A stretch of DNA of 63,912 nt, the filler included, from Neolecta irregularis DAH-3 (Eukaryota): the NCBI GenBank assembly GCA_001929475.1. It is 7 parts of 7 records of this genome, joined end to end, with 100 filler letters (N's around TTAATTAATTAA, not from the genome) between each part and the next. Parts side by side here need not be neighbours in the genome. Positions count along the whole stretch, not along the records: positions 51,032 to 56,437 come from LXFE01000769.1; positions 56,538 to 61,046 come from LXFE01000774.1; positions 61,147 to 63,912 come from LXFE01000780.1; 4 more parts are not named here. One strand, 5' to 3'. Positions 51,362 to 63,859 of this stretch are shown piece by piece. The notes beneath the pieces are model-generated. The model saw nothing but the letters and a program-made list of their open reading frames with translations, was not told where the DNA came from and did not search any database. The position numbers and the translations under genes are program-made. Every line of letters begins with the position of its first letter. Position 1 is the stretch's first letter.

Positions 51362-54169
51362 TTATTTCTGCTCATTCGCAAAGACTTGTGCCATATAATT
51401 TTTCATCTTGTAAAGGAACTCGACAGGTTGTTGTTCTATTTCTGCGCTTGAGTATGGATAGCATGACATGATGTCCATAATTAAATGACTGAAGACGATA
51501 TTTGCATCCAATCCAAGAGCGACAAAATTTGAGTGTTCAATCGAGATCGGCTCATAAGAAATAATGGGAATGATGTGAAATTTCAAACTTGAGCTTATCT
51601 TTATTAGTTGATTAGCAATAGCCCTACCGGTTTCATGAGAAACGTTCCCCTTACTTATAACGATTGCGCGTCCAGTTTTGATCCACATCCTGACTAGGCA
51701 TATTGGCTGATTTTGAGTCTCTATTTTGGGTATCCAAAAAAAGAGTATGGATTCCATGGGCGTTATGAAAGTGTTACGGTTCCAGAGAAAATCCGAAGAC
51801 TGGAAATAATTTTCAGAACCATTTTCCTGATAGTTACTATTTCCAAAGGCGAGTTCATTTGCATCAAGGAAAAGATGTTTTCTCTTGACCTGCGCTGAAC
51901 TATGACCATATTGAATCCTCGCGAAGAGATCGAAGGTTTCTGCAGAAATTTCAGCTCGAGGGTTTGCTAGCGTTGAATACAGCTCTCTATATTGCTGTGG
52001 AATGGAGGATGCTTCTGGGATTTCGATCTTGGGTAGGTCCATCGGGTCAATAATATCCTTCAGTTCTTTCTTCGAGTTTCCAATAGTCTTGACATAAGAT
52101 TTTAAAAACTCATCCAAATCACTATTGTCTTTATTATTTTTCGGTTTATTAGTAGATTTTTGCTTTTGGGGTTTATTGGGTTTCGGTTTCCCGCGACCAT
52201 TACTCTTGGACATGGGAACAGAAGCGGGCTTAACCAACGAATTCTTTGGTCTCTGGACATTATTTCTTTGATCCAAGTGATCATGGACCGCATTGACCAC
52301 ATTGACATTAGCTTCCGTGGATGTTTGACTGGATGACATCAACGAGCTTTGCAATCTTGGCTTTGACGACACTGAAGAAGACAATTTGTGTATAGATTCT
52401 TGAACCCCAGCTTTATCATTTTTGCTCGATTTGTGTGGAATTATTTGAGCCGTTGACATATACCTAGACAGGGAAGAGGTGCCAGATTGTTTGTCGTTAT
52501 TTCTGGATACGTCTGAAGCATCGGTATTTGAAGGCGTCTTGGATTGTGGGACATTCATGGTAGCTTCTTCCTTGGGCACCTTTTTGGAATGAATTTGATC
52601 ATGATCATCCTTCATTGCAAAGTCGACTTTCTTGACTTTCTTGGGCACATTTTTAAGTTGAATTTGATCATGATCGTCCTTGTGCTGGTAATAATTTGCT
52701 GCGGAATTCGAAATACTACTAGAAGAAAGCCTTTCAGCAATATGTCCACTTCTCATATTGCCGTTGTCCTTCGTCCAAGATTTTGAGGACGGGTCGACTT
52801 TAACTTGAGTGACGACTTGCGGGAGCGGATTCGTTAATTCCTTTTTGTTAGAACCGCCCTTCCAATTGGAACTCTTCGTTGGATATTTCGGGCGGCTAGG
52901 ATGTATTCCACTCGACTGGAGATTGACATCAGCGTTGCTCCCATTCATACTTGCGAGTTTAGATGGTTTTTGCTCTTCTATTTTAACATTATTCTTTGGA
53001 GGATTTGCAATCGACGAGTAACTTTTTCTTGAACCCTTCAAAGGATGACTAACAGAGGGCCCTTTTTTACGATTATTGAAATTTGTATTCTGTGTCACCA
53101 GTTTTGTTTCAGGCGGTGTTAAAGGTTCCGCTTTATACGTGATGACTACTGGGCCATCTTTGTCATCGGATAATATATCTGAATTATCAGAACTGAGACC
53201 AACATGTTTGGAAATGATTGATTTTGCACGGGATTCTATGGTTGAGGGCACTTCAAATAGATCTCTGGTTGAGGACGATCCAGTCAGATCCTTAGTTGGA
53301 TACCGATGTGCATCAGATTTCAACCTTCAATGTGAGTTTTCAAGTATATAGGCACACATACGAAAATTGTCCAAAGTACGAAAAGCGCCAAAAGTTATAT
53401 GTGTGAAATTGTCGATCTTCAGTTGTAAAATATCTGGGTATTTCCGAAAGTAGCAAGCAGTGCGAGAGAGCGAACCACAAATCTGGTTCCTGAACATTGT
53501 ACTCCCTCGACAGATGAAAATCCCTTGACGACTGAAAAGCATTACAACTATCTGCACGTTAGCAAATCTTTCAGGGTTACATGGTTCTTACGTCTATCAA
53601 GACAAGCTTGAGCACAAGAATCATGATCATAAGAGTCCTGAATTTCGAACAATCCAGACTTTAGAGCTTCCTTTTCATCTTTGGACACCACCACAAGCTG
53701 TTCAAAGGGAATAATTTCGAAATGGGATTTAAGCTTCAATTGACCAACGATAGAATCTGCCAGAATATCCTTGGAAAGCATATATTGCGCAACATATTGC
53801 AGTTCCTTTGCCAACAGAGAACCATCAAGGCTTTGGTGACGATCAGGAATGTTTGATAATAACTGACAATGAAAATTTTGGAACCAGGTAGTTCGCTGAT
53901 TCCTGTTTTGTGATATTTGGAAAGCTTTGCAAGATTCTGTATGATATTAATTAAGTGTCTCTAATGGAGATCATACCAGTTTCCATGCACAATTGAGCAC
54001 AGCGATCATGAGCTGTTCCATGCACAACATCGAAGAATGCGGAGTCAAGAGCCGCAGGGTTACTGGGGGAAAGAAGAGTAAGAGATTCTTCATGAACAAA
54101 GAGGTCTTGTAGAAAGTGAGCTCCAGCTATCGAGATGACGGCATAAAAGAACCAAAAGGCGTGTCCCAT
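51362..54169 (-). CDS. Large orphan protein with predicted signal peptide, Cys-containing N-domain, long S/K/N-rich linker and C-terminal globular region; about 3 introns
   Basis: ORFs at 54169, 53814, 53557 and 53323 join by GTATGA/GTATGT..AG introns; N-terminus MGHAFWFFYAVISIAGA; 653-codon last exon. Confidence 0.65.
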
Positions 54170-54943
54170 TGTGAGTTAGATAGGTTGATCTTTTTTGTCA
54201 CTCGAATGGGTTTAGGTAGGCTAGTTGTCGTATAACTTCAGACAATTACTTGTATTGAACCCGTTTATCGGAAACAGCTGTCTTTATATAGTGCTCACTG
54301 TGGCGTTATTCGCTCCTGTTCACTGGCCCCATTATGGATACCAAGTTCCATTGTCTGTCTTACTGCATCGAGTCCTAAATACCTATTTGCAGCATCCGAT
54401 ACGGATCACTCGTTAGTGATATAGACAAGCTTTTTATCACCATCCGTATTTGTTGGCGGTTGGGGGTGTTCCAAGAGTGCCTACAGCATTGTTTAATGTC
54501 GGCCAAGAGAATTCAAACTGCAGAAATGACAAGGGAACGCCCATGTAATGTGCACTAGGTCAAACATGTCCCACCTATGGTTGTCACCAAGACATTGACT
54601 ACAGAATAGGGCTTGGTAGTTGAGACTGCTATTTCCAGGGAGTTAATCTGAGACATAATTTTAGAATTGCAAGATATCCAACTGGCATCTTCAGATCCAA
54701 AACACGTCAATCTGGGATAGCTTTGGAGCTGAGAGAAATTCTCTTATTAAAAGGGGTCCAAATTTCTCCTTTCTCTTGCTTTCTAGTCTCAACTTTTGGT
54801 TGTAGACTCTGAGACAGCTCTTAATAGCTACGGCAAGAGCAAATGGCTGACTCTTTCTCAACATAAATGTTTCAGAATGTCGGAATGTGTTGGGAAATGC
54901 GCTTATTTCTGGGTGAAGCTGAACCAGAGCAACCTCACGAGAT

Positions 54944-54975
<32 letters not shown>
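54944..54975. repeat. (CAG)10 microsatellite
   Basis: Direct reading. Confidence 0.95.
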
Positions 54976-55145
54976 CAGACACAAAGGTGGCGAGGGCAGT
55001 AGCCGCAAGGGGCGCAGGAACGCGGATATGTGTGAATTCGTAGAGCAGGGCGGGAGGTAGAGAGGCGGACATTGGAGTAACATTTCCGGATAAGGGAAAT
55101 TATGAGACCAGAGAACAGAAGTCTCGGACTCGAATGGATGAGGAA

Positions 55146-55270
55146 AATCCTGAGTGAAACAAGGCTATTTGTGAGATAATATCTTAAAGATTATTCCACA
55201 ATTATATGTGGACAATCCTAAGTGAAACAAGGCTGTTTTGTGAGAAAATATCTTTTGAAAATTATTCAAA
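55146..55270. repeat. Two-copy tandem repeat (about 68-bp period)
   Basis: aatcctgagtgaaacaaggctatttgtgagataatatctt and aatcctaagtgaaacaaggctgttttgtgagaaaatatctt. Confidence 0.8.
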
Positions 55271-55349
55271 AGAGTGACATGAGAGAAAAAGAAATCAAAA
55301 AGAAATCTTGTCACTTTCTCAGCAAACCCGTTTTTGCGTTCTTTCTTTG

Positions 55350-55812
55350 AACGAAAACTCTTCCCCTGTCCCCAACCTCCCAGCTGCCTTATTTCCTACC
55401 CGTTCACAGCAGACACCTCGTCTATATCGGTTATCTTGCTACAACACCTCCACTCCGCATCTCGCTGCGCCCGCCGCACGCTTTCTGCCGCCTACGCCGC
55501 CTCCTGCCGGGGCCGCTGGTGCCCGCTGACCGCTACGCCGCCATGCGTGCCCCGCTGGGCAACCGCGCTCGCCCTGGCCGTCTCAGGCCGTCTCTGTATC
55601 CCCGCCATGGCTGCCCTGCGCATCTCCTGCTCCCGCCCGGTGCTTCCAGGTATATCCCACCACTCGGGCGTTTCTCACCAATCCGCCACTCCTGCTGACT
55701 CCCGACGCCTCTCCTGCGTCGCTGTACTCAAATTGATATATATATAATCAATCAATCAATCCCGGATTGATAATCCGATTGATTGATGGACACACTGCGG
55801 GTGGCCACATTG
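55350..55812. mobile_element. Dispersed C-rich repeat copy 2, ending in a hairpin and two stacked hAT-like termini
   Basis: Homologous to 40700-41005; ATCAATCAATC..CGGATT/AATCCG..ATTGATTGAT stem; GGACACACTG (ends 55797) then GGGTGGCCACATTG (ends 55812). Confidence 0.7.
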
Positions 55813-56339
55813 AGCACAGTCTTGCACTCACTAAACCCCTTTAATCTTCTTCAAGTCAGATATTATTATTTGAATAATTATCGTTAAATCCTTGTCCTCG
55901 GTTCCCCTCAGGTTCTTTCATAAGATTATCAATCGATATACAATAGAATAAATGGAGTTGAAAGAACAATTATAATTGACATCAGACATGTTCTCAGTAT
56001 GGTTAAAGTGATATTGATAATCAAGCACAATAGTGTGTATATTAAGGTGTATGTATATCACGGCCATTGAAGCAATGATATAAACGCAGTCTAATCAAGA
56101 TTCAGAGTACATTGTGATCGTAGTGTAATAATAGGATAGACATGGAAGCATGGAATACGCATAACAAATGTGTCACAGACACGGCGAGCACGTTGAACGT
56201 GAATGGAATTCGGTGGTATCGCTCTGTCAAACATTCCAGAGGATCCAGCACGATCGGCGATGTATCTGATGATGTTACACAAGTGATATGAGATGTTGTA
56301 ATATGCGGAAGTAGATGAAGTGAGAATGGAGAATGATGA

Positions 56340-56437
56340 ATGATATGATGAAAGACAACAAATGAAGTGGAGGGTGGAAATGAGAATATTATGACAACAA
56401 ATGAAGTATATGGTATAAATGAGAATAATATGACAAC
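56340..56437. repeat. AT-rich minisatellite (about 39-40 bp unit) running into a gap
   Basis: gacaacaaatgaagt...aaatgagaatattat repeated. Confidence 0.7.
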
Positions 56438-56970
56438 NNNNNNNNNNNNNNNNNNNNNNNNNNNNNNNNNNNNNNNNNNNNTTAATTAATTAANNNNNNN
56501 NNNNNNNNNNNNNNNNNNNNNNNNNNNNNNNNNNNNNCTTGGATAAAGTCGACCGCGGGAGATCATCCATACATGAGCTCGCCTGCTCGTATCGAAGTCA
56601 TAGTAATTGAGGAAGTCGGTGGTTTCGTATCCTTCTATTGGCTAAAAGATAAAAATAAAAATAAAAATTCATAAACAAACTTTGTAACTAAGTACATAAG
56701 TTTCATCTACTGTGGACTGCGAGCACAGAAGCTCCCCGAACCGCAGTTAATCTACCATATGAAGGATAGTTGATTACAGCACCCGCGCTACTCGTCCTCC
56801 CTGGTTCCAGGCTCACTCCCACTAATCATCCCAGAACAAACTTTGAATAGAACGTTGGGGAGATGAATATATGAGGCGCGATTTATTTTTTTGGGTGGCC
56901 GGTTCAGGGTGGTGGCCGTTTCATCGCCGCCCAGCTGAACTGCGGGTGTTTCTTCGCAGCCATCAAAACA

Positions 56971-58113
56971 ATGACTTCGGGAACGGAAGATGTCAAAAGA
57001 TCGCAGTATACAAAAGCGCAAAAACTTGGTGAAGGTACTTATGCAGTGGTCTATCAAGGGGTACAGATAAGTACTGGTAGAACAATAGCAATAAAAAAAA
57101 TAAAAATCGGGCAGTTTAAAGAAGGCTTGGATATGTCTGCCATTCGGGAAGTAAAATTCTTACGCGAGCTCCAACATGAGAATGTGATTGAGGTTTGTCT
57201 CTTGTGATTCTGCCAACAATATTCACTGGGGTAGTTGATTGATGTTTACTCTTCAAAGGCAAACCTCAATCTAGTGCTGGAGTTCCTGGACTCGGACTTG
57301 GAAATGCTGATTCGAGACAAGAGTATCTTATTCACTGCAGCGGATATCAAAAGTTGGATGGTTATGATCATGAGAGGAGTTCACAGCTGTCATCGAAATT
57401 TTATTTTGCACCGAGTCTGTTGTCACTTACTCATCCTAATGAATTCTAATATGACAGGATTTGAAGCCAAACAATTTGCTCATCTCGTCGGAGGGAATAT
57501 TGAAAATCGCAGATTTTGGTCTTGCCCGGGATTACGCTGAACCTTATCGGACGATGACATCACAAGTCGTTACCCGTTGGTACCGAGCGCCAGAACTTTT
57601 ATTTGGAGCAAAGATCTACGGTATAGGGGTTGATATCTGGGCGGTTGCCTGCATCTTTGCAGAGCTACTACTACGAAATCCATTTTTACCCGGGGAGACG
57701 GATATGACTCAACTTAACACAATATTTCGTGCGCTTGGCACGCCCACAGAAGAACAATGGCCGGGAATGAAGACTCTAGCTGATTACTGCGATGTTGGTA
57801 ACTATCCTGCCCCTCAATGGGAGGCATTGTTCAGCGCAGCTGGACCCGATGCTTTACTGCTGCTGCGAAGAATGTTCACCTTCGATCCAGTGAGAAGACC
57901 AACTTCTGTGGAGATCCTGGAGTTCGAATACTTCTCAAACAACCCAAGGCCTACCAGACCGGATAATCTTCCACGAAAAGTCTCCTATACTATCTTAGAT
58001 GGTTTCTGATTCTCAAGGGCAATGCTGTAAAAGTAGCAAATTCTATAAAACGGAACCCAGAGGATGACTTAATGCTGGAAGACAAGAAGGTATCCAGAAA
58101 ATTAGTGTTTTGA
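56971..58113 (+). CDS. KIN28: TFIIH/CAK kinase CDK7 (Kin28/Mcs6), 3 introns
   Basis: GEGTYAVV, GLDMSAIRE, HR|DLKPNNLL, DFGLAR...MTSQVVTRWYRAPELLFGA, C-terminal SRKLVF. Confidence 0.95.
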
Positions 58114-58360
58114 TCAAGCAGCATTGTCTAAACTACTGATGAGATCTTAAGTAGCATCAGTAATGAATCGATATCATAAGCAGATTCCTCGGTTTATCCT
58201 CCCTCTTGTTCGGAATAAAACATCATCGAAATTCTAGCTATAATAATGTATTTCTTATGAATATTTTGGTTCCCCGAGAACTTTGTAAATCTGGCAATCA
58301 ACTTGGACAAGTGACCCCACGCTTGATCTCGCCTACTCGATCTCAACCTTTTTGAGGAAT

Positions 58361-60045
58361 ATGGCGGATGATTTTGAAGATGAACTCCTGGCTCTTGCAG
58401 GAGAAGCATCTGAAGACGGAGCCTCTAGATCAACAAAGCCTAAGAAACCTAAGAAGTCGAAGAAGAAGACCGACTCGTAATTTAACTCACAGGCGGAAGT
58501 TGTTGATTTTTAGCGAACCCGAAGATTCAGAGGAGATATCAGCAGATGAAATTGACGATTTACAAGGGGAAGTCGAAAGCGATGAGCATGAAGAAGACGA
58601 AGATAAGAACCCTTACCCCATAGAAGGAAAGTATAGAGATCTTGTTGATCGTGACCAGTATGGCAACAATGAAATCCAGCTAATAAAATGTAAGACTTCT
58701 GGCTCTTCCTGAGATAGAACGCGAACAGATCTTGTATGAAAGAGAAGAACAGGTACCTCGTCTTACAAATAATATCCTCGTTGAATCAGCAGATCAACAA
58801 ACTTGAAGAAAGAAGGCGTATTGCGGCAAAATTAAGGCAGCAGAATTCACAGAAGGCTAATGATGCGAGAAGTTCTTGACCAAAGTAAGCCCCTTACTTA
58901 TCTTTAGGGTCTTCGAGGGTGTCAAAAGAAACCACCTCGGCGCGAGGGAGTAAATTAAGCGAGTTAAAGCGCAAGAGAGAAGAGAAATCTACGAGATCCA
59001 AGTCAAAAGTATCATCCATTGCTCATATATCATTATTGAGTGCCAAAAGTCAAAAGCCGACGGATCGCCCTCGAAACGTCAACATGGTGATAGTAATGAA
59101 AGATCATTTTCCGAAACGTCAGATGATGACCACAATTACTCAGCACGAATTAATACCGAAGATGTTAATGCAATCCGTTTATCACGTCGATTCTTGGCCA
59201 AAAACTCAAATCATCCTTTATTAGAACAGACCATACGTGGGTGTTTCCTTCGTATCAAAATAGGAGAAGATCAGCATCACGGGGGTGTCTATCGAATGTG
59301 CCAAATCGATGGTCTTCGCCCATCCAAAAGATCATATCAAGTGGATGAGATGTCTGTTAGTGTAAGCATAGATTGTAAGCACGGAAAGAGTGTGAGGACA
59401 TTTGACATCACTTTTGTCTCGAGCGATAAAATCACAGACGTATACAAACTTCTACCTCCTCCTGATATATAGCGCGAATTTGATCGGTATAAGCGACAAA
59501 TGGAAGATGACAAACTCAAGATGCCATCAAGACATATGATTGGAAAGAAAACAGGAGAATTACGGTATATGGAGAACTATAGGTGGACGGACGTAAGATG
59601 ATAGAAGGCATGATCAAAGTCACTGACATTGAAGGAAGATATTAACGCTCATCTCGAGCGTAAAAAGGCTGCGCAAAGGATTCCTGGGAATTTCATTATT
59701 ACAAAGACAGAGTTAACGCAGCGACTTGCTCATTCTCAAACAACAGGAGACGTCGAGGAAGTCGAAAGATTGCAGGACGAACTTGCTAAACTCGAGGAAC
59801 TTACTACAAATCGGAAAGCACCCATTCCCACGTTAGATTCGTTGGCCAAAGTGAACGAGAGAAATAGGCAAAGGAATCTCATGGAAATTCGGAAAGCTGA
59901 ACTCAACTCTCGACGCAAAGTTGCTATGCCTACAAAAGTAAAAGAGGAACCATTCCCATCTATGGAATTTACAAATGTCAAAGTGCTTGGTGGAGTTGAA
60001 GAGTTGATTGCAAGCACAGATCTTGGAATTGATTTGGATATTTGA
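58361..60045 (+). CDS. RTF1: RNA polymerase II-associated protein Rtf1/Prf1 (Plus3 domain), about 7 introns
   Basis: MADDFEDELLALAG, NPYPIEGKY, EIEREQILYER, LSELKRKR, GCFLRIKIG...YRMCQI, LAKVNERNR..N..IRKAE, terminal IDLDI. Confidence 0.93.
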
Positions 60046-60308
60046 GTGCCCTCTAGCCCATAGATTGAGTATCCATGTATTTTATGCACATTATCTTAAT
60101 TCATGTCCATAAAAGGCCTATGATAAGTCGCTGACCGATAGATATATCTTCAATGAAAATTTTCTGTCTACATCCAGCAAGCCAACTACCTCCTTTCCGA
60201 CATACTTTACTTGACATCTCAAAGCCTGGCAAGGCGAACTAGTTGAAAACCCAACGCGAATTTCCCGGCTTTGCGGTGCGTGTTCCACGCCTTCCTCAGT
60301 AAAAAGAC

Positions 60309-60427
60309 CGCCCGATGAGGGGCTCGAACCCTCGACCTTGGGATATTCAGCCTAAGTGGAACACACATTCAGCAGTCCAGCTCCACAGCTTAAAAGTCCC
60401 ACGCGCTACCGATTGCGCCAACCGGGC
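60309..60427 (-). tRNA. tRNA-Lys(UUU) with 46-nt intron (60345-60390)
   Basis: GCCCGGT acceptor, TGGCGCAATCGG A box, TGGGA-CT-TTT-A/intron/A-TCCCA anticodon arm, GGTTCGAGCCC B box, downstream TTTTT terminator. Confidence 0.95.
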
Positions 60428-60728
60428 ATGCGATCAGGCTGAACAGCATGCTTATCTTTCAACTTATACATCCTGGGAAGTTGGGTTGTCCTGCATAAAG
60501 ATTTCCGTCCTTAGCTATGTTTAAATTTCGACAGAAAATCTGGGTCACAGAGCACCTAGGAGGAATTTCAGACAACTCTCAAATGAGTGCTTTTTACCTT
60601 GAGCTAGTCAAACGAGGTCTGAATCATTTCCTGAGGAAGGAGTAGGTCGGTAGGTGACCAAACCAAGTTGCTATTGCTTATAACACATGTCTAAAACAAC
60701 ATTTGGACTGGAAATTTTGAATATCTCT

Positions 60729-61033
60729 TGTGGGGGCACGACTTTACCCCAACGTCGCAACCCCCACCAGCTTGCCACCGCCACCGCCAAAGTATCGGAA
60801 ACAGCACAAGTAGCAGCAAGGGTCGCCGATCATCCCAGGCGGGCCAGTCACAGGCATCGCCACCCAGCAGATCGACAGAAGGGCAGGCAGGCAGAGGACG
60901 GCAGCAGCCCATGTGGCGACTCTGTACATAAGTAGCGCCCATATTAGCTGGCTAGGCTTTGACCTGATATTCAATATACATAGTTACTCTCTTTAGCAAG
61001 TATCTACGGCAGCATATCCAACCTAAGTCCACA
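60729..61033 (+). mobile_element. Solo LTR, family B (about 305 bp)
   Basis: TGTGG...CCACA inverted ends; TATA-like cataagtagcgcc; matches the 34845, 35774, 3876 and 40509 copies; no TSD seen. Confidence 0.65.
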
Positions 61034-61153
61034 TCAGCGCCCAACCNNNNNNNNNNNNNNNNNNNNNNNNNNNNNNNNNNNNNNNNNNNNTTAATTAATT
61101 AANNNNNNNNNNNNNNNNNNNNNNNNNNNNNNNNNNNNNNNNNNNNAAAAGAA

Positions 61154-61680
61154 TCATTTCTGCAGTTGCTTTCCAAATTTTGTTTTGATCTTACTGAAAA
61201 GCCCTGGAATGCCTCCTTTCTTTTCAATACAATGGGCACCGCCTGAGATAGTTTGGCAGCCATTCTTACAACTCGTTCGTTCGACCCCAAAATCCCATGC
61301 ATTTCCCGAGTCTTGGCGGAAAAGAAGCCCAGTGAGCAGTACCTTACCGTCACAACGAGGATACATTCGCTCAGTGTCACCAGTGGTTGCCCATATCTTC
61401 AGGGCTGGATCCTCGTCGACGCAATGCCCTTCGAAACAAGCAACAGGACAGGTCATTATATAGCGGGAACCAGTGATCGAGTCATCTTCCACAAACAAAG
61501 CTTTTCCATCGCAATATCTGGCACCGCTTGCGAATTGACCATTTTCGTTGTCATAGAAGCTATTCAAGTATTAATTTGCAATCGAATCAGCCAAAATAGG
61601 GCGTACTTTTCGTCCATATGTCGGCGAAGTAAGGCTCCCATGATAAGAGGAGCAGCGAAGAGAAAAGCTACAGGTTGCAT
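61154..61680 (-). CDS. Small secreted cysteine-rich orphan protein (about 159 aa), 1 intron (61560-61606)
   Basis: Exon 1 MQPVAFLFAAPLIMGALLRR (signal peptide) splices in frame into the 137-aa ORF; 8 Cys. Confidence 0.75.
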
Positions 61681-62124
61681 GTTGACGATTGATTTGACTT
61701 GGACGATCTGAATGTAGACGATTGTCTGAAGGTATGATAGTTGTTTTCATGAGTTCTCCAGGCTATTTATTAGTTTCCACGAACTGCTGAGGCTCCAGCC
61801 ATGTTCTGTAACCGGTAAGACATTAGAGGCTGGTGAATGCCAACTTCGCCACTTGAGAGATGATTTCCAAGTCAAAACGACGCGGATTTCCACATCCGGC
61901 GTATATTTCGAACCACAACCCGGTTTCAGCACGGTCAGTGGCGTTTACAGGCGGTTGCAGATCACCCGCGTCCCGTATTTGGTCCGGGTGGCTTGTGGTG
62001 ACGCTTCCTGCAATCTCGAATCATGTCTCAGATGTTGTCGTATCTTCCCGCCGTTGATCATTCATACTCCGCGTCAGCAAAGTTGGATAGAATTAACAAA
62101 AACATAAGATTATTGTGTAAATAT

Positions 62125-62345
62125 TAGGGTGCGTTCGCCAGTCACTATTTTGAAAAGCCACAATATTCAAAAAAGGGAATATTCTTTGTTTTGGTGGAAA
62201 TTAAAATATTAGGATATACTTTCCGGGAGAGAGGTGGCGGGCGAGGCGGGCGGGAGGGACGGGCGAGGCGGAGAGGTGGGAGAGAGGTGGCGGGAGAGGC
62301 GGGCGAGTCGGGCGGGAGAGAGGTAGCGGGAGAGGCGGGCGAGTC
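62125..62345 (+). mobile_element. Putative hAT-like left end (TAGGGTGCG) with G-rich GGCGGGAGAG subterminal array (62225-62345)
   Basis: Repeat array read directly; TIR assignment is inferred from similarity to (C/T)AGGG/CAGAGTGCG-type hAT ends. Confidence 0.5.
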
Positions 62346-62395
62346 AAGTAAGCACCAATAGAAGAGCTGCTTCACATTGTCAATAACTAAATTTC

Positions 62396-63814
62396 TCAAG
62401 ACTGTATGGTTGCTACATTTAATATTTTTTCCAAGATATTCCCCAAAACTTCAACAAATAGTCTTAGTTCCTCAAAAGTATTGTATAGTGCAGTAGGAGC
62501 AACTCTAATAACATCCGGTCGTCGGGCATCCACTGTAATCTTATGGTCTTTTAACCTGTCAAAGACATTCTGCATTTTTCCATTTCGGAAATAAAGACTC
62601 AGTTGTGAGCCAGATAATTCCGGAGTAATGATATGGAATATCTCCGAATATGAAGGAAGATCTAGGAGTAATTTCTTCAAGTAACGGGTGAGAAGGTTGG
62701 ACCGGTTCGTGAGTGTGGCCATATCAGTTTTCCCATAAATCTCTAGAGAGGAGTAGAGAGAGATTACATCAATGACAGAGGGATTTGAAAGTTGATATCC
62801 AGATGCTCCTGGCATTGGCTTAAACTCTTCTTGTTAGTCCATTTCGTACATAGGTCATACTGTTGATCATTTCAAAGCGAGTTTCTCTATCATGACCCCA
62901 CCATCCAGCAAGCCTATTCAGGTTACATCAATATCAAACATATATCATACCGCAACTGTCCATCATATCTCTCATTAACAAATAGCCCAGCAATAGCACC
63001 TGGTCCAGAGTTCAGATACTTGTATGAGCACCAAACTGCGAAATCGACATTCCACTCTGATAACTTCAACTCTACATTTCCCACTGCATGAGCAAGATCC
63101 CAACCAACAATCATCCCACAATTTTGGGCATACCTGGTAATTTTCTCCATCTCGAATAACTGACCAGTATAGAACTGAACTCCAGAGAGAAATAATATGG
63201 CTGTTTCATCTGCATGTTGATCAATTGCTCGAAAGATTTGTTCAGTGGTTAATCCATAGGATGGCCCAGTTGGATCAATTGTGACTAACCCTTTTTCAGG
63301 ATCAATCCCGTGATGCTGGATCTGACTTTCGATGGCATACTTGTGCTATCAGAATATGTACAGAGGAAAGACTCACGTGGTCGCTTGGAAATGCTTTCCC
63401 CTCAATAATGATTTTGTAGCGTCCATTGACATTCGGCCTATAGAAACTCGCCATTAAGAAATGAAGATTACTAGTTAAACTGCCCATTGCGATAACTTCC
63501 TTTTCTTTTGAACCTACAATTTTAGCTAACTGTGGAACAACGAGTAAGTCGATATTTGCCCAAGCTCTATTTCCGGCACGACTAAAGTGCCCATTTATGG
63601 CATGAGTTGCCCAAATTCGAAGTTCTTCTGTGACGTATGCTTGAAGCGATTTCGGCTGGAGCCCAAGAGAATTTCCGCAGAAGTAAATCCCCTCTGGAAG
63701 ATGGAATTCGCTGCGGAGAGATGGATATTGCTCATCCATTTTCATGGCAAAAGCCTGAGACCTGGGATCGAGAGACAAAGTCGACAATTGATCTTCCAGA
63801 ATTAAATTGTCCAT
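62396..63814 (-). CDS. BNA5: Kynureninase (PLP-dependent), 3 introns
   Basis: YFCGNSLGLQPK, MGSLTSNLH, EGKAFPSDH|Y, GWDLAHAVGNV, WCSYKYLNSGPG, GWWGH, RVAPTALYNTF. Confidence 0.96.
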
Positions 63815-63859
63815 ATTTTGTTGCTTTTTGGCGGTCTGCTTGGTTTCGATCTGACACGG

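Noticed and set aside
55146-56437. CRISPR-like repeats
   Set aside because: Eukaryotic context; only 2-3 degenerate tandem units with no unique spacers or cas genes.
56971-60045. KIN28-RTF1 adjacency as a transcription cluster
   Set aside because: Tandem housekeeping genes with no shared promoter; chance is plausible in a dense genome.
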